A stretch of 64,000 bases of DNA, from positions 1 through 64,000 of the forward strand of contig JAPDJI010000006.1 of assembly GCA_029259155.1 (NCBI GenBank), written 5' to 3'. The position numbers and the translations under genes were made by a program. Under the pieces are notes generated by a model that worked only from the letters and a program-made list of their open reading frames with translations, did not search any database and had not been told where the DNA came from. Positions within the stretch are counted from its first letter, which is position 1. Each line of letters begins with the position of its first letter. Shown piece by piece: positions 38,070 through 47,683 of this stretch. The DNA comes from Candidatus Methanomethylicia archaeon (GTDB lineage Archaea; Thermoproteota; Methanomethylicia; Nezhaarchaeales; B40-G2).

Positions 38070-38498
38070 CTACCTTAAAATGTGCGCCACTTCAACTCCA
38101 AGCTTCTGAAGATACCTCGCTATGAAGCGTCTATGACAACCTCTAGGGTTCTCCTCCAGACAGAGGAGACAGGTACGTTTTTGGCTCGCTAACTTTAACA
38201 GCTCTTTTATTCCGTCCTTAAAGCTCTTCGTATCCATGTAGCGTTCAAAGCCTCCGCGACGGTAGCCTCCAAGCCTATCTCCCATCCATACATAGCTTAT
38301 CCCAGCTTCCTTAAGCCACCGCTCCATGTTCTCTCGCGCGAAGTCACCCTGCTTGGACTTGGGCCACCTCCTGATGTCTACGACTAGCTCTATTCCACTG
38401 GCTTTCAACATGCTTAAGACTCGCTCGCGGCTACGTGAGCCATAGCCTATGGTCCAAATTTTCAAAGCTCTCTCCGTCAATGTCCTGCTCAAATACAT
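38070..38498 (-). CDS. DUF488 family protein
   Basis: WTIGYG, VDIRRWPKS, LGGYR, LCLE....CHRRFIA. Confidence 0.88.
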   Translation of the reverse strand: MYLSRTLTERALKIWTIGYGSRSRERVLSMLKASGIELVVDIRRWPKSKQGDFARENMERWLKEAGISYVWMGDRLGGYRRGGFERYMDTKSFKDGIKELLKLASQKRTCLLCLEENPRGCHRRFIARYLQKLGVEVAHILR

Positions 38499-38586
38499 AA
38501 TATATGGGCTTCACTAATCCTTTTCCTCTGCGTAGCCCTTAAACATGAGCTGTCTTTTACTATGAGCGAGATACTGGTGGTTTATC

Positions 38587-39201
38587 TTGGACCTCTGGGA
38601 GGCTATAAAAACGAGGAGGAGTATCCGTAAGCTTACAGGGGAGTTAAGCTTCAGCAGCCTCCTTAAACCTTTGGAAGCGGCTAGATGGGCTCCTAGCGCT
38701 CATAATGCTCAGCCATGGAGGTTTCTTCTAATTTTAGATCCTCAAGTTAAAAGAAGCTTGGCTGAAGCTATGGCTGAAGCTTGGGTCAAGGACCTCATAG
38801 CCGACGGCGTAGAGAAAGAAGCCGCTGAGAAGGCAGCTTATAGGTCGGTGATGATGATTGTCAGTAGCCCAGTTGCTATAGTTGTCTGTTTAACCATGGA
38901 AGATATGCAGAAATATCCTGATGAGCGTAGGAGGAGGGCTGAATATTTAATGGCGGTTCAAAGCGTTGCGGCAGCCGCGCAGAACCTGCTTTTAGCGCTA
39001 CATGCTGAAGGTCTGGGTGCATGCTGGCTTTGTGCCCCGCTATTTTGCCAGGAAGCTGTTAGAGGGGCTCTCGGGATCCCAAGCGACGTAGAGCCGCAGG
39101 CCTTGGTAATTGTAGGGCGTCCAGCCGAATCCCCCCTCCCCCCGCCTAGGAGGCAGTTAAATGAGGTGTTGTTCATCAATAGGTGGGGTGTTAAGCCTTG
39201 A
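38587..39201 (+). CDS. Nitroreductase-fold protein similar to the FbiB C-terminal domain (candidate dehydro-F420-0 reductase)
   Basis: RRSIRK, APSAHNAQPWRF, W..DL..DG, YPDERR..AE..MAVQS, GACWLCAPLFC; overlaps the cofD start. Confidence 0.78.
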   Translation: MDLWEAIKTRRSIRKLTGELSFSSLLKPLEAARWAPSAHNAQPWRFLLILDPQVKRSLAEAMAEAWVKDLIADGVEKEAAEKAAYRSVMMIVSSPVAIVVCLTMEDMQKYPDERRRRAEYLMAVQSVAAAAQNLLLALHAEGLGACWLCAPLFCQEAVRGALGIPSDVEPQALVIVGRPAESPLPPPRRQLNEVLFINRWGVKP

Positions 39202-40127
39202 TAACGGCGTTGGCAGGTGGTGTAGGAGCCTCAAAGCTCCTTAGAGGCTTGGTGGAGGTGGTGGATCCCAGAGAGCTCACGGTGATAGTGAATACCGGGG
39301 ATGATATAGATCTCTTCGGCCTCTATATCTCACCTGACGTGGATATAGTCACATACACCTTAGCCGGCTTGGTGGATGAGGAGAAGGGTTGGGGTTTCAA
39401 GGATGATACCTTCCACTGTCTTGAAACGCTGAAGCTTTATGGTTACGATACGTGGTTTAAGCTTGGCGACCGCGACTTAGCCACCCACATCCATAGGACC
39501 TTGTTGATGAAGGCTGGTTTAACGCTGTCTCAAGCCACTGCTATGATCTCTAAAGCGTTAGGAGTGCGCTCTAAGATACTGCCGATGAGTAACGATAGGG
39601 TCACCTCTATGGTCAAGACGGACCGTGGCGTGATGACTTTTGAGGAGTACTTGGTCAAGCATAGCATGGTCCCTGAAGTACGAGATGTGTTCTACGCAGG
39701 GGTCGAGGATGCTAAACCTGCTCCAGGAGTGGTTGAAGCGTTGGAGGAGGCTAAGGTTATCGTGATATGTCCAAGCAACCCTGTGGTCAGCATAGGTCCT
39801 ATACTATCTATCCGAGGTGTACGTGATGCTCTGCGACGTGCTCAGGCTAGGATAGTGGCGGTATCTCCAATTATAGGCGGCAGGCCTGTAAAGGGGCCAG
39901 CTGACAAATTGATGAGAGCATTAGGAGTAGAGGTATCAGCTTACGGAGTGGCTGAAATGTACAGGGATTTTCTGGATATCATGTTAATAGACGAGGCGGA
40001 CGTTAAGCTTAGACCGAGGATAGAGACGCTGGGCATTAAGGTTGCGGCCACCTCGACCTTAATGAAGAGCCTCGAAGATAAAATTAGGCTAGCCAGGTTA
40101 GTCCTTAAGGAAGGGCTTAAGCATTAA
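39198..40127 (+). CDS. cofD: 2-phospho-L-lactate / PEP transferase CofD (FbiA)
   Basis: LAGGVGASK, VNTGDD, SPDVD, LGDRDLATH, PSNPVVSIGPI, VSPIIGG.PVKGPA. Confidence 0.95.
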   Translation: MITALAGGVGASKLLRGLVEVVDPRELTVIVNTGDDIDLFGLYISPDVDIVTYTLAGLVDEEKGWGFKDDTFHCLETLKLYGYDTWFKLGDRDLATHIHRTLLMKAGLTLSQATAMISKALGVRSKILPMSNDRVTSMVKTDRGVMTFEEYLVKHSMVPEVRDVFYAGVEDAKPAPGVVEALEEAKVIVICPSNPVVSIGPILSIRGVRDALRRAQARIVAVSPIIGGRPVKGPADKLMRALGVEVSAYGVAEMYRDFLDIMLIDEADVKLRPRIETLGIKVAATSTLMKSLEDKIRLARLVLKEGLKH

Positions 40128-40288
40128 CGTGAAAGCCCCTCCAGAATGGAAACTAGGTACTCCTTAAACTTCTTGAATAATGCTCTTCCAGCCTTGGTTG
40201 GGTAGCACCTCTAACCGTTATGTTCTATGAAGGGCATGTCCAGTATTGATGCTCTCTTTACTTGGAAATCCGCCTTGCTTGAAGCATG
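40124..40288 (-). pseudogene. Winged-helix regulator remnant with in-frame TAG (40211-40213)
   Basis: ...ILDMPFIEHNG*RCYPTKAGRALFKKFKEYLVSILEGLSR* resembles a wHTH wing (LIE..G..Y..T.KG). Confidence 0.35.
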
Positions 40289-40334
40289 AGTAAAAGAATA
40301 AAGTTAAAAGTAGCCTACCTGTTAGCTGGGCTCC

Positions 40335-40979
40335 ATGTTGAAGGTTTTTGCTGCTGTCCCGGTTAAGGAGCTATCTTCAGCCAAGACTAGGCTATCTAAG
40401 TTACTATCCCCCGACTTCAAGGAGGTCTTTGTCTTAGCTATGTTGAGAGACGTATTGGATGCTTTAATGTCATCGAGCTCCCTGAGTGAAGTGATGGTGA
40501 TTTCCTCAGACCCTGAAATATTAGAGGAGGCTTCAAGGCGAGGAGCCGTAGGGATCGATGAAGGGGAGCCTAGAGGGATCAATGAGGCTTTAAGGTTGGC
40601 GGTCGATGAGGCCTTAAGACGGGGCGCTGAGGCATTGCTTATCGTGCCGTGCGATGTCCCTCTCATTAAGGCCTCAGACATAGAAAAGTTGATGAGCTTC
40701 TTGGAGCCCCCTCCTTCCATGGTTATTTCCCCCTCAAAAAATAGGGAAGGTACCAATGCTTTGCTCCTGGCTCCCCCGAACGTCATAGCTCTTCGTTTTG
40801 GCCCTCAAAGTTTCCAGAACCATTTAGAGGAGGCGTCTTTAAGAGGGGTCAACGTAAAGATCTACGAGTCTTCAAGCCTGGCGCTGGATATAGATGAGGA
40901 GGAAGACCTTCAGATCCTAAAGCGGATGAAGGGAGAGGGACGTGTCATAGCTCTCCTAGAGTCTTTTGGTTTTCGATAA
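40335..40979 (+). CDS. cofC: 2-phospho-L-lactate / PEP guanylyltransferase CofC (FbiD)
   Basis: VPVK...AKTRLS, AMLRDV, P.DVPLI, GTNAL, FG..SF..H, LDIDEEEDL. Confidence 0.92.
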   Translation: MLKVFAAVPVKELSSAKTRLSKLLSPDFKEVFVLAMLRDVLDALMSSSSLSEVMVISSDPEILEEASRRGAVGIDEGEPRGINEALRLAVDEALRRGAEALLIVPCDVPLIKASDIEKLMSFLEPPPSMVISPSKNREGTNALLLAPPNVIALRFGPQSFQNHLEEASLRGVNVKIYESSSLALDIDEEEDLQILKRMKGEGRVIALLESFGFR

Positions 40980-41072
40980 CTCTTTGATGTAACCAGCAGG
41001 GCGTTTTGGTCCCGGGACACTTTTTAAAGAGCCTTCTACGTAACAAGTTTTGACGGTTGGAGGCGCGGTGTT

Positions 41073-41528
41073 TTGGAGAAGCGGATGAGTTGGGACGAGT
41101 ACTTTATGGAGATGGCCAAGCTGGTCAGTAAGCGTAGTACCTGTTTAAGGAGGCATACGGGCGCTGTGCTCGTGAAGGATAACCGTATAATTGCTACTGG
41201 CTATAATGGAGCCCCTAAAGGGTTACCCCACTGCGCGGAGGTTGGCTGTATGAGGGAGGCTTTAAAGGTGCCTTCAGGTCAGCGACATGAGCTCTGTAGA
41301 GGGCTACATGCGGAGCAGAACGCCATTATTCAGGCAGCGGTGTTCGGCGTAAGCACTAGGGGCGCTACGCTGTACACTACGACCTATCCCTGCGTGATAT
41401 GCGCCAAGATGATTATTAATGCCGAGATCGGGGAGGTAGTGTACGATGACGACTACGAGGACGACTTAGCCAAGCGAATGCTCAGCGAGGCGAGGATTAA
41501 GGTTAGGAGGTTTAAGACACGACGCTAG
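41073..41528 (+). CDS. dCMP deaminase (ComEB family)
   Basis: SWDEYFM, RSTCLRR, TGYNG, HAEQNAI, PCVICAK. Confidence 0.92.
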   Translation: MEKRMSWDEYFMEMAKLVSKRSTCLRRHTGAVLVKDNRIIATGYNGAPKGLPHCAEVGCMREALKVPSGQRHELCRGLHAEQNAIIQAAVFGVSTRGATLYTTTYPCVICAKMIINAEIGEVVYDDDYEDDLAKRMLSEARIKVRRFKTRR

Positions 41529-42942
41529 CAGCCCGCTCCGCTGCCTCGATCAACGGGTCTGGATGTAGGCCTAGGGCGAGGCAGATCAAGGCCAGGGCGA
41601 ACATGGGTATTAGCATGGCGAACGATACTCTAACCCTCCCCAGCCTCCTGCGGGTCAACATGACTCGGTTGATAAAGCGGAGCCAAGCAGCTGAGAACAC
41701 CGCCATCATCACCGCTGCGGCCACGGTGGGCGCCAGTAGCCCCACGTCGACCCCGGCCATGTAAATGAGGAGCTCGCTCACGAATATGTTCAGGCCAGGG
41801 ATGCCGATGATGGATAAGGAACCTATAAGTCCCGCTGCGCTAGCCTCAGGCATGAACCATAGCATGTCGCCCAGCGTCCTAATGTTCCTGACCTTCACCT
41901 CATGGACTATGCAACCAGCGTAGAGGAAGAGGAGGCTCTTCACTATCTCATGGTTCAAGGTGTGAGCCACTGCTGCTACAGCCGCTCCGTGAGCGAAGAG
42001 GCCTAGGGCGAAGACCACTAAGCCCATCTCGTTGATGCTTGAGTAAGCCATGAAGCGCTTGATGTCAAGCTGAGAGAAGGATAGAATGGCTGTGTAGCTA
42101 AGCATCGCAAGCCCACATCCCCACACTAGCCAGCTAACTGACCTCAATGACTCTAGGCTCCAGCAGCCATACAATATCCTTAGGAAGCCGTAGGCCGCGA
42201 CCTCTATCATCAACCCTGATAGCATGGCGCTGACGGGTGCGGGTGCTTCTGAGTGAGCATCAGGGAGCCATACGTGAAGCAGGGGGATCACGCCCATCTT
42301 AATCAGTAAGCCTATGGACACGGAGGCCGCTGCGAAGACTTCAAGGGGGCTGTCTAGGCCAAGTTCCTTCACGGCCAGGAGGTTAAAGGTCCCCTTTAAG
42401 GCGTAGAGCGATAGCAGGCCGAAGAGGAGGGTTGTTGAGGCCACGTGGGAGATGAGTAAGTATAGCATCGCTGCCCTAGGTGCCTCAGCGCCCTCCCCGT
42501 AAAGGTGAATGAGGGCGTAAGAAGACCAGACCATGAGCTCCCAGAAGAGGTAGAAGGCTATCATGTCCACTGACATCAAGCATCCAATCATGCCTGAGGT
42601 GAAGAGCAGGAGGAGGCCGCTGTAGAGCTGAGAGCCGTGCTCCACATACTTAGTGCTGTAGGTTAGGCAGGCGTGGCTGATGAAGGAGGCTAGTACCACG
42701 AAGGCCGCATTAAGCTCGTCGAAGCACAGCAGCCAGCTAAAGGCCAGCGAGCCTCCGTGGCCCCAGGAAGCCTCGAAGCACGCTCCCCCTTGGAGGTAGA
42801 GCTTGGTCGATAAGGTAAGCGCGGCAATCAACGCGGTGAGCGCAGCGGCCCAGGCCGCTGTTGGTGGAAGCTTACGCGAGCAGAGCGTATTGAAGCAGCC
42901 CACGGCAAGGGGGATTAATAGAATTAAGGCAGCCTCAAACAT
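41512..42942 (-). CDS. Proton-translocating antiporter-like subunit (NuoM/MrpD type)
   Basis: [33 protein letters not shown]...KSLLF, FVSEL (Glu in TM12, NuoM-like). Confidence 0.88.
   Translation of the reverse strand: MFEAALILLIPLAVGCFNTLCSRKLPPTAAWAAALTALIAALTLSTKLYLQGGACFEASWGHGGSLAFSWLLCFDELNAAFVVLASFISHACLTYSTKYVEHGSQLYSGLLLLFTSGMIGCLMSVDMIAFYLFWELMVWSSYALIHLYGEGAEAPRAAMLYLLISHVASTTLLFGLLSLYALKGTFNLLAVKELGLDSPLEVFAAASVSIGLLIKMGVIPLLHVWLPDAHSEAPAPVSAMLSGLMIEVAAYGFLRILYGCWSLESLRSVSWLVWGCGLAMLSYTAILSFSQLDIKRFMAYSSINEMGLVVFALGLFAHGAAVAAVAHTLNHEIVKSLLFLYAGCIVHEVKVRNIRTLGDMLWFMPEASAAGLIGSLSIIGIPGLNIFVSELLIYMAGVDVGLLAPTVAAAVMMAVFSAAWLRFINRVMLTRRRLGRVRVSFAMLIPMFALALICLALGLHPDPLIEAAERAASVVS
42215..42279. 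repeat. 65-nt exact direct repeat, copy 1 (copy 2 at 44151-44215)
   Basis: cctgatagcatggcgctgacgggtgcgggtgcttctgagtgagcatcagggagccatacgtgaag is identical at both sites. Confidence 0.95.
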
Positions 42943-44833
42943 GTTTAACCAGCCTCCAAGCTAGTGTTGCGAGCAGCGAGGCGGTGAAGGCGAGGAGCCA
43001 GGCTTGATTAAGCGATGCAGCAAGGAGAGCGGTGAGGAGGGCTGAGAGGGCTAGGCTTACATCGACCATCCTCCTCAATAGCTCTGCGGGGTGTCTCCTT
43101 CTAAGCGCTTGGCCTAGTGGGAGGCTGGAGGCCTTAGAGAAGAAGGCTGACTCGTGGGTCCTGGCTACCTCCTTGGCGGTCAGCATGGCCGCGTCGGGCA
43201 AATCATCTAAGAAGCCAGCTCTAAGCTTAGCTTCGGAGCCTTGGCTTAGGAGCCTCGACATCCTTAGAAACGACGAGGCCAGCCAGGAATACGCGTAGTC
43301 CACGCCGAGCCCAGAGGTCAGCAACGATGTGAGCCTCCTCGGGGCCGTGCAGTTGCCTATTTGATAATAGGCCCACCATAGGGCCAGGCCGGCCAGTGCG
43401 CATAGTAGGGTAGAGGCCATCAGGAAGAGGCTGAGCCTTACTTCGAGGGATTCCACGATTCCGAGCGTGACCATCCACCTAGCAGGGGTAATGAGCAGCA
43501 CGCCTAGAGGAAGGCCTAGGAGGCAAGCTGAGGCAAGCGCTAGCATGGGAGGCAGGGTGGTGGACGGCGGCGAGGCCTCGACGAGCCTGTAGGAGGAGCC
43601 GTAGATGAAGCCGAGTAGCCTAGCCACGTAGGCCACGGTGAGGGCAGAGCCCAGCATCATTAACCCAGCCACCCAGAGCCTCCCCTCCTCGAGGGCTGTG
43701 TCTATTATCAGGTCCTTGGTGAAGAAGGCGTTGAGAGGAGGGATGGCTGCGAGGGCTAGGGCACCTATAGCGAAGGCAGCTCCATGAAGCCTTAGGTCGG
43801 TCCCCACCCCCCTAAGCACCCTTAAGTCCCTAGACCCAGCAGCGTGGCTTAACACGCCGGCGGCTAGGAAGAGGAGGGACTTGAAGAGGGCATGGCTGAA
43901 GGCGTGTAGGCCTGCTGCCACTAAGCCCAGCGTGGAAGCTAGGCCGAGGGAGGCCACCATGTACCCTAGCTGGCTTATGGAAGAGAAGGCCAACACCCTC
44001 TTCACGTCAAGCTCGACTAGGGCTGCTGCCCCTCCATAAAGCAGGGTTACTACCCCCCCGAGGAGTAGTAGGGGGGCCAGCCCCTCAGCTATTTCCACGC
44101 TTAAGTCCATGGTCCTAATCAGCATGTAGACCCCGACGTGTACCATCAATCCTGATAGCATGGCGCTGACGGGTGCGGGTGCTTCTGAGTGAGCATCAGG
44201 GAGCCATACGTGAAGTGGGTAGATGGCCACCTTGAAGGCTAGCCCAGCGACCATTAAGGCGCAGGCCAGCTTCAAGCCCCACGTAGCCTCGTGGGCTGCT
44301 AAGAAGCGTAGCTGAGCGAGGTCGAAGGTATGGGTGGTCATGTAGAAGGTGACTATGGACACTACCATCAACGCGCCGCCTAGGTGAGTGAAAATGAAGT
44401 ACTTAGTAGCTATCGACAGCGCTTTCTCCTTGGGACACTCAGCCCAGTGGGCTATAAGGAGGTAGGAAGGTATCAACATGAACTCCCAGAACACGTAGAA
44501 GAGCACGAAGTTTCTTGAGGTCACTGAGCCAGCCATGCCGAGGGCGAAGAGGCATAGCAGGCCGAAGAACCTGGACCTATCAGTCTCCACGTAGCTGTGA
44601 GAGTAGACGCTGGCGAGGAGCGATATGGTGAGCACGAGGACTATGAAAGCCTGGGAGAGTAGGTCGTTGAAGAAGGGTAGGTCAATGGGGTCGGGGATGA
44701 AGAGGAAGGCGAGAGACATAGCCAAACCAAGTGAAGCTGCGAGACCTGCGTGTTCCTCAAGCCTATCGCTCACCGCTATGGTTAGAAGCACACCAGTGGC
44801 GGAGAGAACCATGAGAGAGTAGAGGGTACCCAT
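42935..44833 (-). CDS. Proton-translocating antiporter-like subunit (NuoL/MrpA type)
   Basis: [52 protein letters not shown]-terminal GLGVDYAY plus long amphipathic helix. Confidence 0.88.
   Translation of the reverse strand: MGTLYSLMVLSATGVLLTIAVSDRLEEHAGLAASLGLAMSLAFLFIPDPIDLPFFNDLLSQAFIVLVLTISLLASVYSHSYVETDRSRFFGLLCLFALGMAGSVTSRNFVLFYVFWEFMLIPSYLLIAHWAECPKEKALSIATKYFIFTHLGGALMVVSIVTFYMTTHTFDLAQLRFLAAHEATWGLKLACALMVAGLAFKVAIYPLHVWLPDAHSEAPAPVSAMLSGLMVHVGVYMLIRTMDLSVEIAEGLAPLLLLGGVVTLLYGGAAALVELDVKRVLAFSSISQLGYMVASLGLASTLGLVAAGLHAFSHALFKSLLFLAAGVLSHAAGSRDLRVLRGVGTDLRLHGAAFAIGALALAAIPPLNAFFTKDLIIDTALEEGRLWVAGLMMLGSALTVAYVARLLGFIYGSSYRLVEASPPSTTLPPMLALASACLLGLPLGVLLITPARWMVTLGIVESLEVRLSLFLMASTLLCALAGLALWWAYYQIGNCTAPRRLTSLLTSGLGVDYAYSWLASSFLRMSRLLSQGSEAKLRAGFLDDLPDAAMLTAKEVARTHESAFFSKASSLPLGQALRRRHPAELLRRMVDVSLALSALLTALLAASLNQAWLLAFTASLLATLAWRLVKHV
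44151..44215. repeat. 65-nt exact direct repeat, copy 2
   Basis: Identical to 42215-42279; extends by CATCAA past one mismatch. Confidence 0.95.
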
Positions 44834-44837
44834 CGAC

Positions 44838-46289
44838 CTAGACCTCCATCATCCAACTCTCCTCCAAGCAGGCTACGGCCGCCTTGTGAGCTGACTCAAG
44901 GAACGGTGAAGGAGCGAGGCCTATGAGGAAGCAACTTATGATCAGCGAGATTATTAGGGCTCGGAGGCCCCAGCTAGCTCCACGCTGCGTGGATGGCCCC
45001 TCCCCGGCCCTGCTGTACATGGAGTAGAGAGCCCTCATGAAAGATGCCAGCATAACTAGGTCGAGCACGATGAAGGCCGCCGCTACCCATAGGAGACCCT
45101 CCTCAACCATCGATAGGAACACTAAGAACTTGCTGTGGAAGCCGTTGAGTGGGGGCACAGCGCAGCTACTGAGCGAGGCTATAAGGAAGCCAGTGGTGCC
45201 TAGTAGCACGTGTTTATAGGCACCCTTTAAGGCATAGATTCTCCTTCCCTGAGAGGACTGTATGAAGAGCGCTATGCTGGCGAAGAAGAGGTTCTTAATT
45301 AACACGAGGTTGAGCACGTGGAAGAAGACTCCTTGAAGGGCCGTATGGTTAGCTATGCCCCAAGCCATCATCAACACACCCCCCTCCCCCACTGAGGTAC
45401 AGGTTACGAGGCGCTTAAGGTCGTCCTGGCCGAGCGCAAGTAGGTAGCCAGCAGCCATGTTTACAACAGCGGCCGCGAGGAAGAAGTCCTTCAAGGCTGG
45501 TAAGAGGGGACGGTACACGGTGAATAACATGCGGGTCGCTCCATAGAAGCCGACGACTCTCACCGCAGCAGCCATGAACGCGCTCGAGGGGCTTGGAGCC
45601 CATGGGTTAACCCCCGGGAACCATATATGGGCTGGGAACACCGCTAACTTCACCCAAAAACCTCCCAGCACGAGGGGTAGGGTCAGCCATAGAGCCTGAG
45701 GCGGAATAGTGGAAGCCACCTCAGGTATCATGGTCGACCCTGCCTGAAGAGCTAGTACCGCGAAGCCGAGCACGAGGAGGATGGTGGAGGCCGCGTCGAA
45801 GGCTAAGTAGAGCGCTAAGCTCTCCCTAGGCCCTGTATCTATGCCGACCTCGTCAGGTAGGCGGGGGGCCATGAAGTAGTAGGAGGCCAAGTTCATCAAT
45901 AGGTAGAAGAGGAGAAAGCTAAGGAGGTCGCCACAGTAAATAAGGCTCACGATCCCCAGCAGGGATAAGGTGAGGGAAGCATAGTAAGCAGGATCGTTTA
46001 GCTTCTTTAAGTAAGTAGCTGCTAAGAGCATGGCGGCAGCTCCAGCCATGGTGAACTTCTCGAGGAGCAGTGCTCCATAGGCGTCCAGGAAGAGAAGGCT
46101 TGGAGACCTAGAGAGCACGGCTGGGGTATCCTCGACAAGGGGGGCTGCTAAAAACGAAGCTGCTAGGCAGGCTAGGGAGCCTACTACAGCTACGTAGCTA
46201 GTAAGCTTAGCTCCACGCTTCACTACCGCTGAGGCTGAGGTGGCTACAGCTGTAACAATAGCCGCCTGTAGAGGCAGTGAGGCTAGCAA
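44838..46289 (-). CDS. Proton-translocating antiporter-like subunit (NuoN/MrpD type)
   Basis: VKLAVFPAHIWFP, QDDLKRL, PPLNGFHSKF; the TM5 Glu appears absent (LFYLLMNL). Confidence 0.82.
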   Translation of the reverse strand: MLASLPLQAAIVTAVATSASAVVKRGAKLTSYVAVVGSLACLAASFLAAPLVEDTPAVLSRSPSLLFLDAYGALLLEKFTMAGAAAMLLAATYLKKLNDPAYYASLTLSLLGIVSLIYCGDLLSFLLFYLLMNLASYYFMAPRLPDEVGIDTGPRESLALYLAFDAASTILLVLGFAVLALQAGSTMIPEVASTIPPQALWLTLPLVLGGFWVKLAVFPAHIWFPGVNPWAPSPSSAFMAAAVRVVGFYGATRMLFTVYRPLLPALKDFFLAAAVVNMAAGYLLALGQDDLKRLVTCTSVGEGGVLMMAWGIANHTALQGVFFHVLNLVLIKNLFFASIALFIQSSQGRRIYALKGAYKHVLLGTTGFLIASLSSCAVPPLNGFHSKFLVFLSMVEEGLLWVAAAFIVLDLVMLASFMRALYSMYSRAGEGPSTQRGASWGLRALIISLIISCFLIGLAPSPFLESAHKAAVACLEESWMMEV

Positions 46290-46305
46290 TTCACAAGGCC
46301 TCCAA

Positions 46306-46956
46306 TCAGAGGCCGAGGAAGTGTAGCCTATGCCTTCTCCTTAATAGGATGACTGCGTCTCCCTGCTCCAGCTGAGGTACTTCGTTAGGTAGTAAGGCGG
46401 CCCCCCCTCTGAGTATGAGGAGGGGGTAGGTGTCTTTGAGCTTCCTGCGTATGTCCAGCGGCCTAAGCCCCTTTAGCCTAGAGCCTTCGTCCACGGACAC
46501 CTCCTCGACCTCTATGTCCTTGCGCACCATCTCAAGTAGCTCGAAGAGGCTTATTCTCCTAATCTTAGCGTAGATCCTTAACACCGAGGAATCTACGTGG
46601 TTGACCAGCTCGTGAAAGCCCAGCGACCTACAGACCTCAGCGTAGGAGGCGTGCTTTATTCGAACAAGCACCCTTCTAGCTCCTAGGTTCTTGGCTAGGA
46701 GGGAAGCAATGAGGTTCACTGGGTCGCTCCCTGTCAGGGCGGCGAAGACGTCAGCCCTCCCCACGCCCGCCTCGATTAACACGCGTGGGTCAGTGGCACT
46801 TCCGGTGAAGACGTTAACCTCAGCCTCGAGAGACTTGGCTAGCCTCTCGGTGACCTCTGGGCTAGTGTCGATGGCCGCTACTTTGTAGCCGTGGAGCACC
46901 ATCCTCCTCACCGTGGCCTCTCCAACGTCGCCTAAGCCGGCCACTATGATAAACAA
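46306..46956 (-). CDS. trkA: TrkA/KtrA-family RCK protein
   Basis: IIVAGLGDVG, GSATDP..L..AG, ALTGSD..N; TrkA-C tail. Confidence 0.85.
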   Translation of the reverse strand: MFIIVAGLGDVGEATVRRMVLHGYKVAAIDTSPEVTERLAKSLEAEVNVFTGSATDPRVLIEAGVGRADVFAALTGSDPVNLIASLLAKNLGARRVLVRIKHASYAEVCRSLGFHELVNHVDSSVLRIYAKIRRISLFELLEMVRKDIEVEEVSVDEGSRLKGLRPLDIRRKLKDTYPLLILRGGAALLPNEVPQLEQGDAVILLRRRHRLHFLGL

Positions 46957-47588
46957 CCACTAGCCCCCTCCTTGTGTCTGATTAACACGAGGACATCGCC
47001 CGGCTCCAGCGTCAAGTCGGGGTCGGGGAACTTCACCTCCCCCTCTGACAACACGAAGGCTGGGTAGGAGTTCTTCAGAACCTCCTCACCGAGCTCCTTG
47101 ATCTTCCTCCACGCTAGCTCCGAGCCCTCCCCTATCTCGACGTGCTCGACGTCGACGAAGTGCTCACCTATAGAGACTACGTCGGCCAGCTTAAAGCCAT
47201 GGACAGATGCATCGATCCTAAACGCTGTGGCCTCGGCTGGGCTACAGATCTCGGTGAGGCCGACCATCCTACAGGCCTCCACGTACACCGGGTTCTCGAC
47301 CCTCACCAACACCCTCCTAGCTCCCTGATGCTTAGCCAGTAGAGCTGAGACTAAGTTTACATCGTCGCTCCCCGTCAACGCTAAGAAGGTGTCAGCTTCC
47401 TCAACCCTCACCTGTTCCATGACGTGGGGGTCTGTTACGTCACCCTTCACCACCTCAACCCCCCTTGCCTCAAGCTCCCTGCAAGCAGCCTCATCGCGCT
47501 CGATCACCACGACGTGATAGCCAAGCCCCTTCAAGTAGGTCGCCAGCGCCCTCCCGATGTCGCCTCCTCCGGCTATCACTACCTTCAC
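46944..47588 (-). CDS. trkA: TrkA/KtrA-family RCK protein
   Basis: VIAGGGDIG, GDVTDP, ALTGSDDVN, P.PD..LEPGD. Confidence 0.88.
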   Translation of the reverse strand: MKVVIAGGGDIGRALATYLKGLGYHVVVIERDEAACRELEARGVEVVKGDVTDPHVMEQVRVEEADTFLALTGSDDVNLVSALLAKHQGARRVLVRVENPVYVEACRMVGLTEICSPAEATAFRIDASVHGFKLADVVSIGEHFVDVEHVEIGEGSELAWRKIKELGEEVLKNSYPAFVLSEGEVKFPDPDLTLEPGDVLVLIRHKEGASGCLS

Positions 47589-47683
47589 TCCCTACCTCAC
47601 CGCCGACCTTAAACTCTTAGATACGTAAAAGGGTATCGCCGTAAAGGAAATAGGTCGGCTAGTAAAAGAAACTATAGATAGGC

